Assembly: GCA_965153455.1 (NCBI GenBank)
Contig: OZ234493.1
Span: 20,698,213 to 20,762,212, forward strand
Source: Sphagnum compactum
Lineage: Eukaryota
Direction of reading: 5' to 3'
DNA length: 64,000 nt
Shown here: one piece after another, positions 1 to 11,670 of the stretch
Layout of the letters: every line of letters begins with the position of its first letter
Numbering within the stretch: the stretch's first letter is position 1
Position numbers and translations under genes: made by a program
Notes under the pieces: generated by a model
Told to the model about the DNA's origin: nothing
Database searches by the model: none
The model's input: only the letters and a program-made list of their open reading frames with translations

Positions 1-34
1 AATTTTCTCTGAGTTCTGGAGATTGGGACTGCAG

Positions 35-891
35 GTGGCATTGCGAAATGTGAGGAGAGATGCAATGAAAGCATATGACAAACTTGAAAAGGTTGTTTTG
101 CTTCTCTGTCAATTTTCTACCAGTATGCACTTATCAGTGCACATGCTTTTGTGCTGGCTTCTATGTGTTGTGTGCCAAAGTTCTTTGATAATACATTTGT
201 GGCAAGCTTACAGACATGCCACTTGGTACCAGAGGACCATGTTGTTGGATATACATGCCCAGTACTCTGACATGAACATAACAGAAGTTTTGTGCTCTGT
301 GGTCAATAGGAAAAGAAGCTCTCTGCAGACAATGTGAAGGACTTGTCCGAGGATATCCAGGTATAATTACTAAGCTTTTTCATATTCAATAGTGCATAGC
401 TGACATATATTTGAGGTGTAATTTGGTTTGAGGATGGTCAAACTCGCGACACAGAGTTTGCACTAGATACTTTCCAATCATCATCTATACAATCTAATTA
501 TGTGTATTGTGTGTTCTTAGGTGCTTAAGAAAATAGGTTTGTTTCATGCCTGAATTAGACTATACCTTGAATTCTTTGTCTATCCACCAATGTTCCAGAA
601 ACTTACTGATGAGTACGTCAAGAAGATGGAGACCCTTTTCAAGCAAAAGGAGAAGGTGAGGTGCTGCTACAACTTTCCCTAGAAATGTGTCAAGAGGTCT
701 GCTAACTGTCATCAGTTGGCATGATTGATTCTTTGAGACTTGTGAATGGGACTGGCACAAAGCCAGTCTGTGGTTCTGTACATCTTTTTGCATTCTGCAC
801 TGCCTTGGTTGTGTCTTGAATTGTGTGAGATAGAGAGAGAAATACTGATTGTGAACATGATACTGTTTTGCAGGAACTGACTACAGTATAA
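35..891 (+). CDS. RRF: Plastid ribosome recycling factor, last four coding exons (35-91, 310-360, 599-655, 874-891); 5' part lies outside the window
   Basis: GT-AG bounded exons splice in frame to VALRNVRRDAMKAYDKLEK-EKKLSADNVKDLSEDIQ-KLTDEYVKKMETLFKQKEK-ELTTV*, the recognisable C-terminus of chloroplast RRF (frr family). Confidence 0.93.
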
Positions 892-3800
892 ACTGTGATG
901 AGCATTGTCAACTCTTGGCTCTGAGAAATTGTTACCAGTGTGTAGATGACAGCAAAAACCAAGAGACACTATGTAAAGTACAACTGAGATAGTTGGGAGG
1001 TGACAAGCAACAAGTCAGTAAATACAGTCAGTGTAAAATGCAGAATAGCTTTCTGAATTCATATTCCTGTGATCATTTTGAAATTCAATGCACTTTGTCA
1101 TTTACAAAGCATCACCTTGCACAATGATGATTCTCTGTGTTGGATGCTGACCATACCTGGAGTGTTCATGGAAATGGCATTGGTGATGTACATTGCTCAA
1201 CAAATAGACTCTGAGCTATACCAGTGTGGACAGCTGAACCCTAAACCTGATATCTGAGCAAGAAAAAACTGTAGAGAAGCAAAATATCCAAGCTCAGTTG
1301 GCAAATGGCCATTCACAGTGGAACAGAATAGTGCTTAGATTGGTACTTGACCTTGGAATAGAGCTTGGTCCTTGGAAGAAAACAATTCAGTGTTCACAAA
1401 TGTTTTCATGATGACACTTATTTGTCAATGATACTCCAGTCAGTGAATCTGCATCAGTCTGTGGTACTCTCATGAAATTGGAATCTTGCACTTCTCGTGG
1501 ATTTAATCCTTGAATTCTTCATCTTCTTTGTCTGAACTTAACAATTGCATTGACAGTGACAGGCTTGATGTCTACAGCGTTGATGTGGGACTTAACAGTT
1601 TGTGTTCACACACTGAAGCTGCTTTTACTTTTATCTTATGAATCTTCACCACATGTGGTACTTTGTATGTTTTGGCAATTCCACAAGCATTTGCAGGTGC
1701 AAGGTGACTAAACCTGAGCAGCAATTTACACGAAGCTGCTGCAACAGCCATGGTTCCTTGACCATTCAACTCATGACAATCTAGTTGTTTGCAACACTGT
1801 TTTAAGCAGCAATTTGTGTCACAAACAGTGGCATCACACATGGCTAACACTCTGCAATTGGCCTTCAGTGTCTAGATTCCTGCTTTGTTTATACATTTAG
1901 ACTGAGAGTAGTGTTCCAGATGCAGGGAACCTTTGCTTTTTCAGAGTTTTGTTGACTTTTGCCCATAATTATCTACAAAGAATATCATCTTAGTCTCTTG
2001 GTGGTTGTTAGTTAAATGCAATATTAACTAGATATTATTAGTAGATTTTGTGTTAATTTCTACGTGAGATTGTTACAAATGCATAGTGCTAACATTGGTT
2101 ATGATTGTAGAAAAATGCAATAGGGGTGTTTGATTGCATTGTGTTGATTGCTTGTCCCTTTCTTTACTTGCTAGTGCATGAGTTACTCATGAGCATTAAA
2201 ATTCTTGCATGAACTATTACTTAGATGTATCTCTCCCATAAAGAGGGTAGCTTTCTAGCCATATGTTGTGTGGACTTGTGTTGTTTGTGAAGCATTGAAG
2301 AAAGAGGATCTTTGTTGTAAATTGCTTGAGGATTGTTCTTTGTATGTGTTAGTTTATCAATTACTACACTAAAGGATTCGTATCAGCATAATTTCTAGAA
2401 CAATAACAACTATTGAGAGAAATGTTATTGTTAAAAACTTCAATAGAACCACTTTTGGGTTCAAGTTAGTTAAATTTGTGGTTCAAAGTTTTGGTTGTTT
2501 AATAGTCAATAATTGTGATGACGCCAAGGAAAAATACCTTGAGTTTTTAACTTTTGTTAACGATGGTTTTGGAAAAATCTCCTTTAAGTTAACAAAGTCT
2601 TAGGACAAAATGGTTGCCAAAAATACCAAGCATGACTAGTGGAAAGACAAATATGTTTTTTGTCATAGAGATCTCAAAGAAAAGATGTGTTGTGGCTTGA
2701 GCAAAACTTTAAATAGTGTAAATAAAATGTGTTGATGTGGATCTCAAGGAAAGAGAAGTTAGAGTAGTATGTATGTAGTTGATAGTGACATAATGTGAGC
2801 AATGTTGTTTTGCTCATCACGGCAAGTTCTTGATTTGCAAATGGTGGTGAAACAATGAAGATGAAGGTGGTGAAATGTGTGATGCTTGTGTGGGTGTGAA
2901 TTTTGTGCACAATTCAATTGGTGCAAAGTTTACACAATAGCTTATAATGTTTATCTATTCATTTACATGATGTTTTCAAGGTGGAGCGCAAGGGCAAGAC
3001 TAAATATAAATGGAAGAATGACATTTGAAGAGGAAGAAGGTGGTGTGCATGATCACTTTGAGGGAAGTCCACAAATTTTCAATGTCCATTTAGTATGACA
3101 TTGTGTTAGTGTGAGATGCAAGAATTGGTGTGTTGATTTTATTTTTTCAACTCTGCATTTGGTTAAACCTTGTGTTGGTCGAATATTGAAAATCGACCTG
3201 GGTTTTGACCCGAATCCGAATATGGGTACTAAATAACCTACCTGTCGATTTTGTTTACATGAAATACCCAATACATAACCTACTTGGTTAAGTGTAATTA
3301 TTTGTGATACCCTTGAATATCTGATTGGTAGGGTATAAAATTAAAAAGAATAGATACCCTACCTAGATTCATATGTGGTACGTTCAAAAATAACCTAGGT
3401 TGGTTTTTTTCATCCTATTTTTTCATCTAAATTTAGTCATGTTCATCCCTTTCTTCATCCATTTAGGTCTTCATTCTTTGCGTTAAACCTTAAACTTGAG
3501 GCCATCTTCCATTTGCATCTTCATTTCTCTTTTTGGCTTTTGACAACACTGTTGTTTTTTTGTTAGGATGGATTTTTTTTAGCACTACTTAAATTCATAG
3601 CCATTTATAATTTTTAGCTGTGATTTTCCTTTCAATGTTTTTTCAAGCATCAATGGATTGAACAAAGTTGCATTCGAAGAACTACTTGGAACGTGTGATT
3701 TGGCTTCATTGCTTTCTTCAACTCCGAACATCTTTAAAGCACCAAACACCAAATTAATCTCTGCAAAAATCAGGTAAGTTAAATCTCCTTTGTAACCTAT

Positions 3801-5956
3801 TTGTATGTTTTATGATTCAATCACACATGTACAAGAGAATTGTTATATCTCACAATTCAACTTGATTTGATTACAAGTTGCTACTATTGTTCTTTTTCAC
3901 ATTCATTGATTTTGCCATTGTTTGTATTTTCTAATAGTTGAATGAAAGTCAGGGTGTTAGAATCAAAAGACTTCTTGAGTTGAAAATCTTGAATTCTCTC
4001 AAATTTAGTCATTGGTGTTGGTTGAATTGTTGTAAAAGTCTCCTGTCAAACCTAAAACAAGTTTCAAGAGCAAATTATTGTAGAAGCTCCATGTTTTGGA
4101 ATGAACATAATCAAAAGCAAAGATGGCAAAAATCGAAACATTTAACTTGAATGAAGACATACATCATGATGATAATGTTGTTAACTTGGAAATGGGTAAC
4201 TTGGCTGAGGTTTCAAGGCCAACGGTTGGTTCAATTTCAACACCTCTTGTTTCACCAATACCAAATGCTTCAAAAAGTGTTGAAGCACCAAGCAGCTTGG
4301 ATGTGCAAGCTGAAATTACATGGGAGGTATTGAAAGCTCAACTGACCTTGAATTAGCAAGCATGGGTTCCTCACCACAGGTTATTTATGCATTGGCACTT
4401 CTTTGTGGTGAATGATGGCAAGAAGCCTAATCCTTTGACTATTCAAACCATGTGTTGTCTTGTTTACCATTATGTTTATTAGACTTGTAATGTTGGTAGT
4501 ACCACCGAAAAATGGAAATGTATGATTTTTTATAACCAACAACATGGCACTACTTTTATGAAGAAACACATTTTGGCAAAACATCCAACTGCTTACTGCA
4601 GGTGGAAGATTACTAATCTAGGTTTTACAATGGAAAAGCAACAGTGGGAAAAATCTAAGAAGAGGTCTATGGTTGGTTACAGGGCCATCAAAAATCACTT
4701 TAAGTCAACAATTCCTTATTAGAAGGATGATGCACAACAATTAAGATTCAAAGAGAACTTGTTATTATTTGTTGCCAAAGCCTACATGCCCATTTCCATT
4801 GTGGAAAGTTAGTGGTTCTGACGCTTGGTGTTACATCAGATTCCTCAGGTTGTGTTTCTGAATTGGAAGTAGATGGTTCAATCTACCATCCTTGCACTGG
4901 TTTCTAGAACCATGGAAGAATATGTGATTCCAACCCTAGAATCTTGTGTTATAGCAACGACATCTTTTGAATTATGGATTTCCAAATCTAGACACAATAC
5001 ATTTGACCTTGTGATTAATTTTATAAACTCACAGTGGGTACCTTGCCATGTGACAGTGGGACTTTTTGAAGCCATTTATACAACTAGAATTGCAATGGTA
5101 GCCCAAGTTAGGGATCTTTTGGCTTCTTACAATCTGCTAGAAAAACTAGTTGCCTATGTGAAGGATGAGGGTGGCAATCTACCCACCCTTGCACAAGTTC
5201 TTACTTCTGTTGTTCGTTGTACTCTTCTAACACTTTCAGTTCCTTGACAAGGTTTTTGTTTTGGCCATGTTTTTAGCAAAACATGCCAATATGCTTGCAA
5301 TGATATCAATGTTTGTGTTAATTTTTGTGAGGTTAGTTTGAATGGGACATAGTCTACGTTATAAAAAATAATCACCTGGACTAAAAAGTCTAGCAAAGGA
5401 TGTAGTGAATGGCAGAAAACATGTGTTGATGTTCGGCTTTCCCATTGAAAGTTGAAAACACTTGTGAAGACCAGGTTTGCTATTAAGGTTATTCTTTTCC
5501 AAGAAACCTTGGAATATTGGAATGCCATAAAGTTGTGTTATAAGAGGCAAGAAATGCAAGAGTTAGAAGGTCATGTACCAGATGCACACACCTAGGCAAT
5601 TTGCAAAATGGTTGTTAAAACCATGCTTCCTATTGTGGAACAATGTATCCTCAATCAATCCTGGCTACTTTTTAATGCCCTGAATGCTACACTTCCTATT
5701 AATGTGTATGTGCAGAATGAAATGGAGCAATTTGAGATTACCTCCCTCAATTTTGTGAAGGGGGATTTTGAGTCAAAATTGGGGGCTTTGCGCATCCATA
5801 TGATGGCAGAAGTCAAGGTGATCCTTGCACCATTTCTGGCATTTGCATCTACCTACATTGCTATTAAGGCCCACAATATGCTTGTGTTAATGTTGGACCC
5901 ATGGTTCAAATCCTTGGATATCTTGAAATCATTTGTTGGAGAGGCCAAGGTTATAC

Positions 5957-8748
5957 CAGGCCTCATAAAACCTGGCATTCTATTTTTAGATGCCAACTTT
6001 GCCAGAATTAATTTCACCAAAGTGCCATAATTAAGTAATACAATTATTAAGAGCATCCCCACCGCAAGTCACTAAAACGATCACTATCACTATTTTTTAG
6101 TAGTCGGTCTAAGCCTCTGAGGGCCAAAATAGTGATTTGGGTGCAATCATTTTTGTGGTTTCCCACCGCGGAGTCACTAAACTGAAATCATCAGATTTAA
6201 GGGGGTCGTCGAGTGCGCATTCACTATAGTTTTATCAATCTCGTTGTGTGTGTGTGCGCGCGCGTTCACTGATCGGCCTGTTGATCCTGCTCTTCTCGAT
6301 CGCCCTGTTGATCCTGCTCTTCTCGATACTGCACATCTTGTTCGCACCTTGTTCGCACCTTGCATGTCATCATGAATCGACACACCGTTTCAGGACAAAC
6401 ACGCTGTGGAATATGGTCTTCAACCGGTGCAGCGATCGGTAGGCGGCGTGATTACGACTGTGCAATGCCTTTTATGTGTCCACATCGGGCGCGAGAAGCA
6501 TGAAGGTCCCGGTGTGAAACGCCAACGCACCAAGAACACGCAGCTGTTCCAGTTCCCGTTCCGACTCGAGGCCTACAAAAATCATCACGAATCTCAACAT
6601 CACGAAGACTGGACTAGTTATCAATTGCTTTCGCATCAAGAGAAGGCTGCATTCTTCAAGAAAAAGGAGGTCTCTGGCATTCACATTTTCTTGGACAAGG
6701 ACAAGGATAGCCTGCAGTTCGTCATTTCGAGGCCTACGATCGTCGATGATGTGGTGGGAGATTTATTTTTCCATCCGGAGGAAGACGAAGAAGACGATGC
6801 GTCCGAACCGATCACGAAGGCCAACGCCATGAAGCTGTTCAAACCGCAGGAGGACGGATCATACCTGGTGATGATCAAGAACTCTCTGCGATTCGACCTC
6901 GCAATTCGGCACGTTTCTATTGGGTTGTCATTTCGGCAGACATCCAAGGTGATTGAACAACATCGTTTGGTGACCAAGAATGCCAAACTCAACGGCGTCA
7001 ACGACCACATGGTCGGTCAGTTCGTTCGCGTTCTCCTTGCCGTCTCCCTGCAGATCATCTCCGATGTTTTCACGGATCCAGCGGTTTGGGCGTTTTCACT
7101 AGCTACTGATGCAAGCACTCATTTGGGTGTTCCTCTCCTTGATCAGCGGATTCGCGTGTGCGTGAAAGGCGTGCTCTACAACCTTCACCTCGTCCTCGTT
7201 CCATTCTTCGAACGACATACCGCTCAGAACTACGTGAAGCTCATCAAGATTCTGCTCAACACCGTGTCTCCATCCTGGCGCGAAAAAGTCATTTCGATCA
7301 GTTCGGATGGAGAGAACACCATGACTGGTCGACACGCTGGTGTTGTCACATTGCTGAAGAATGAGTGCTCGAATCATGTGCTTCGCATTTGGTGCGTCCC
7401 TCACCAGCTCGATATCGTTGTCAAGAATGCCACACATGGGGTGTTGGACGAGGCGTTCTACAAGGTTGCCCACGCGTTCTCTGTGCATCTTCGTGCTCAG
7501 CAAATCCTCATCACCGAAATGGGTTCCAAGTGCCCGAAGGACACGACGCGGTGGGTCGCATTCGGCAGTATTCTACACTGGCTTCTGGAACACCGTCGTC
7601 GATTGATGATTCACGTGGCCGACAAGCGACCGGTTCAAGCGCCATCCACGCAATGGTGGGTTATCGTGGGAGCGCTAGCACCTTTGTTCGAGCGGATCGC
7701 CGTCACATTTGCCACGCTCCAGTCTCCGAACTTAGTAATCTCTCAGCAGCGCCAAGAGGTGTCGAACCTGATGGCGGACATTGCAGCCGGTTTGGACATT
7801 CGCTCTACTGTGGATGCTGCGTTGATCAACGAGATCGATCCCACCACGATCATTCAGCGAGATGGCTGGATCGTCACCAAAAATGCCGTTGTCATGCACA
7901 TCCGCGATCAAGGCTCGTGGGCACGCGATTTGTACAACGAGCTTTTCGACATTGAAAAAGAGCAAACATTGCAGGAGATTTGCATCTTTTCGCTTTCCAT
8001 TGTGGCGGACGGATTGCAGATCCAGGCGGAGCGTGATTCCAACAACAATGCCAGGGAATTGGAAGCGCCCCCCGTGATGCCAGTGGATCTCGTCAAAATG
8101 CGTCCTAGTGTGTTCATCAGCGAAGTAGTGGATCAATACCGCGGGCACCTAGCCAAACACTGGAGTGCGGACTTGATTAATAAGGCGGAGAGCGAACACC
8201 GTGAACTACTCGCTGTCTACGCGCGCGAGCCGAATGTGAAGGCTGCCCTCGACAAGCACGACAAGAAGACGTTCTTTAACGAGACGTGGGACTGCTTGAA
8301 GGGGCACTTCATGTAGCTGCGTCAGCTGTGCGATGGATTGGCAACAGCGTTCCCGAATACGACGTCCGTCGAGAGTGACTTTTCCATCGTTAAATGGGAG
8401 AAAAACGACTCCCCTAGCAGCCTGACGAGTTTGTCCCTCGTGGGCATTTTGCACGCGAAGCAGTTCGAGCAAATCAAAATGATCAAGCGCCAATCTTTCG
8501 CTTGAATAACAGTGCGAGTTTGTCTCCATGTCCATTCCATTCAACATATTCTTTGCATAGTTGTGTTCCGTTTGCGATAGCCGCGAGAATGGTAGTAGCG
8601 ATGTCCGTTTTGATTTTATCTTCTAGTAGGGGGAAGCCCGTTACGGAAAATAAAGCATATGCCAGATGTGCCAGTATTAAGGCGACAAATGTGCCAGAAT
8701 TAATTTAATTCTGGCAAAGTTGGCATTTGCCAGGTTTTATGAAGCCTG
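5957..8748 (+). mobile_element. Young GC-rich hAT-type DNA transposon (element B) nested in element A
   Basis: 21-bp TIRs CAGGCCTCATAAAACCTGGCA / reverse complement CAGGCTTCATAAAACCTGGCA, plus subterminal inverted ATGCCAACTTTGCCAGAATTAA. 8-bp TSD GGTTATAC (5949-5956) / CGTTATAC (8749-8756). Confidence 0.92.
6364..8505 (+). pseudogene. Intronless hAT-like DDE transposase of element B (713 codons) with only two nonsense lesions
   Basis: ATG 6364, in-frame TGA 6373-6375 and TAG 8314-8316, no frameshift, final TGA 8503-8505. Motifs SLATDAST (D1), SSDGENTMTG (D2), WCVPHQLD (CxxH), TTRW, and C-terminal FPNTTSVESDFS (E). Confidence 0.88.
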
Positions 8749-8856
8749 CGTTATACACATGATGGCAAAATATGACACCAAGAGTTTGATGCCATTACTA
8801 GTGGCTAATTTTCAATTTATAAATCCCGATGTTAATGGCACTATTGAACTAGCAAT

Positions 8857-9260
8857 GGGTGCAAACAGGATAACACAAGCCACACCCGCTTGCTTTTGGG
8901 ACTACTTTTGGTGGAATTTTTTCTATAAATTTTCACAAAAATTATATATATATACAATATTATTATGTCAAGGTTTATGTAAAAGATTTCAAAATATATG
9001 TAATTATCAAAAGTTTTGAAGTCCATTTATAAGTCTTTTTAATATTGAAAAACATTCGTTACAATGTTTAATGAGTGTTTTTGAAAGCTTATTATTCATT
9101 GGATATTTTTCAAATTCACATGTTCCAATGATATTAGAACCTTATTACTATACACAAAAAATCTTATACTTGCAACACCAAGTTAAATTACCACTTCTTA
9201 ACGTGAAAAATTAAGCATCAATTACGCTTGCTATGACTCGTGTTAGTGTGATTGCACCCC
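8857..9260. mobile_element. AT-rich MITE inserted in the element A transposase
   Basis: Degenerate ~29-bp TIRs (GGGTGCAAACAGGATAACACAAGCCA vs reverse complement GGGTGCAATCACACTAACACGAGTCA), flanked by AGCAAT/AACAAT. Removing it restores the frame ...TIELA-IDDEEESIFG.... Confidence 0.75.
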
Positions 9261-10619
9261 AACAATTGATGATGAAGAAGAATCCATCTTTGGGGTAGTG
9301 ACCTCAAGTGAAACTACTTTGCAAAGGTTGTTAAAGAATGAATTATCTTTATTCCATCATTTGTTAATGAAACCAGAAGACATTATTCTACCTTTAACTT
9401 GGTGGAAGACCCACGAAGCTCGATTTCCCAACCTTTCTTTTGTGGTTCAACGAGTTCTTAGGATTCTTGGGTCCCAAATCGAAATGAAGAGAATCTTTAA
9501 TGTTGCTGGAGTGTTGACAAGTCTATCACATTGTAAGTTAGGAGTTGACAACCTAGACAAACTTGTAATGATCATGAAGAATTGGCCAATTGATGCACGG
9601 ATAGATAGCCCAAGAAAAGGGCAGTCCATTATTGAATTTTTGGCTGAAGAAACAAATATCATTGACAAAACTGATAAATTGTTGGGTGTAGATGGTTATT
9701 TCAATATTGATGTCGAACTAGCTTAATGCACACAAAAGTTGATGAACATTTTGTTTAATTTTTTCAGGAGCCATGTTGCTTTGATTAGGAATCTAGTTGT
9801 GTTAACTTCAATGGCCAGATGTAATGGTCAGCTCAGTTCTTTGGTTCTAATTTGATGAATGTCCCTATGTCCTTTTTCAATTCTTGATTTAGAATTCCAA
9901 TAATTGTCCAAACTTTGCACATATTTTTGAACTTACAATTTTGCATGATGATGATGTTTTGGCAAGTTTGTAAGGATTCTTATTTTAAAAATTTATCATG
10001 GCGAACACTCATACACATGGTAGCTCTAAGTTCATTGACCTTTTTAGGTTAGTATGTGTTGATGTGGGATGTGTATGTGTGTTTGCATGTTTAGGCAAAG
10101 TTTTTTTATCAACACTTATAATAAAGTTTTGCTTTGTAATAATATTATTAACTATAAATAAGTAATTATAAATAATACATATAATTACATTAATTAGTTG
10201 TAATAATTATAGAAACATTACTCACAAATATTATGATGTAATAACAATTATTTATTGTATATAAGTAATTATAAAAATTGAATACTCTAATTGATTGTAT
10301 TATGATCCTTGGAAATACATTAATTATTTTACTTACTTTAATTACAATAAAATTATTATAATTTTTTTAAATCATATTCATAATTAATAACTTTAAGTTC
10401 TAAATCATGATTAATTAAGTTCCATTATAAATTATGAAACTATTATAATTAATATATTAATTAATAAATTATAGTTAGTTTACAATAATTAGTCATTGAT
10501 TACAAGAATTAATGTTTATTTTTTAAAAACTATTAATTATTACTATTAAAATGTATGGAGTGATAATAATAATATATTTAAAATGTGTAACTATAAATAA
10601 AACACACAATAATTTAGGA

Positions 10620-11670
10620 TACCATGTTCTATGGGGAACAAATGTGTTTGAAATTTTGTGTGATCATAACTTTTGCATATGAATTCCAATTGAAATGTTT
10701 TCAACCATAAAGTTGCAGCTTTCCTTGAGACCTTTTTAATGATAAGTCGTAAGCTTATACACAAAAAATGAAATGATTATGATGTTAAAAGACTCATAAC
10801 ATATGGTTCCCCGGGTAACAGTTAGGGGAGAAAAAATTTAAGTTGCCTTGGGGAACAACCATGTGCCCAGGGGAGGAAGGGCTTAAGTTGCCCAAGGGAG
10901 CAACCATGTTTCCCCAACGAACAAAATGTGTCTAAAATTTTGTGTGATCATAATTTTTGCATATGAATTATAATTGAAATGTTTTCAATTACAAAATTGT
11001 AGTTATCATTGAGACCTTTGCAATGATAGGTCGCAAGCTTATATGAAACAAAAATACGGACGACTATGATTGTTAAAAAAAAATCGGAACATATGTTTCC
11101 CTAGGAACTTGGGCCTTTCCTTAGGGAAAAGCTCATTGGTCCTCGTGGAAGTTGGCTTTCCTTTGGGGAACAATTGTGTATTTGTGAAGGAGTTTTTGTT
11201 GCTCTGAACAACCTAAACCTTTTTTCCCAGGGGAACAATCATGTCCCCGAGGGTAAGGAACTTAAGTTGCCCCAGGGAGCAACCATGTGCCTGGGGGAGC
11301 AAAGGTTTAAATTGCTTGGGGGAGCAACCATGTTCCCCTAGGGAATAAATGTGTCGAAATTTTTATTTGATCATAATGTTTGCATATGAATTCTAATTAA
11401 AGTGTTTTAAATACAAAGTTGTAGCGATCCTCGAGACATTTCCAATGATAAGGCGCAAGTTCGTATAAAAACAAAAATGAGATGACTATGATTGTTAGAA
11501 GATTCTGAACACATGTTTCTCTAAAGAAGTTGGGCCTATCCTCGGGGAAAGTTCATTGTTCCCAGGGGAAGTTAACTTTTCCCCAGGGAACAATCATGTC
11601 TCTAGGGAAAAGGAATTTAAGTTGCTTTCGGAACAATTGAAACCTTTTTTTCCTTAGGGAATAATTATGT
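10620..11670. repeat. Compound tandem array (three ~290-420 bp units) in the 3' non-coding arm of element A
   Basis: ACCATGTT...AAATGTGT..GAAATTTT..TGATCATAA..TTTGCATATGAATT recurs at ~10621, ~10903 and ~11328, with internal GGGAACAACCATG sub-repeats. Confidence 0.8.

Larger units (their letters stand above)
4123..9726 (+). pseudogene. Decayed hAT transposase of element A, split by two insertions (pieces ~4123-5956, 8757-8856, 9267-9726)
   Basis: BED-finger-like GTTFMKKHILAKHP, catalytic-region SFELWIS and YVKDEGGNL, CFGH (CxxH), KTRFA, and hATC dimerisation region PLTWWKTHEARFPNL...SQIEMKRIFNVAG. Many stop codons. The frame rejoins across both insertions. Confidence 0.88.

Noticed and set aside
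1408-1536. Another ATGATGA...CTGA pair downstream of RRF
   Set aside because: No terminal stem or convincing internal boxes; consistent with chance.
2350-3160. Decayed coding-like sequence interrupted by hAT A (apparently continuing after 12570)
   Set aside because: No recognisable motif or termini, so it cannot be assigned.
6051-6181. Tourist/Harbinger-like end (TAA|GAGCATCCCCA) and a CCCACCGC..AGTCACTAAA direct repeat within element B
   Set aside because: No matching right TIR found, so it cannot be supported as a separate element.
8314-8316. Possible programmed stop-codon readthrough in transposase B
   Set aside because: A second in-frame stop at codon 4 and simple C-to-T origins make mutational decay more likely; the context is not the canonical CARYYA readthrough signal.
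6472-8547. Many alternative-frame and antisense ORFs over transposase B
   Set aside because: Expected shadows of a GC-rich coding sequence.
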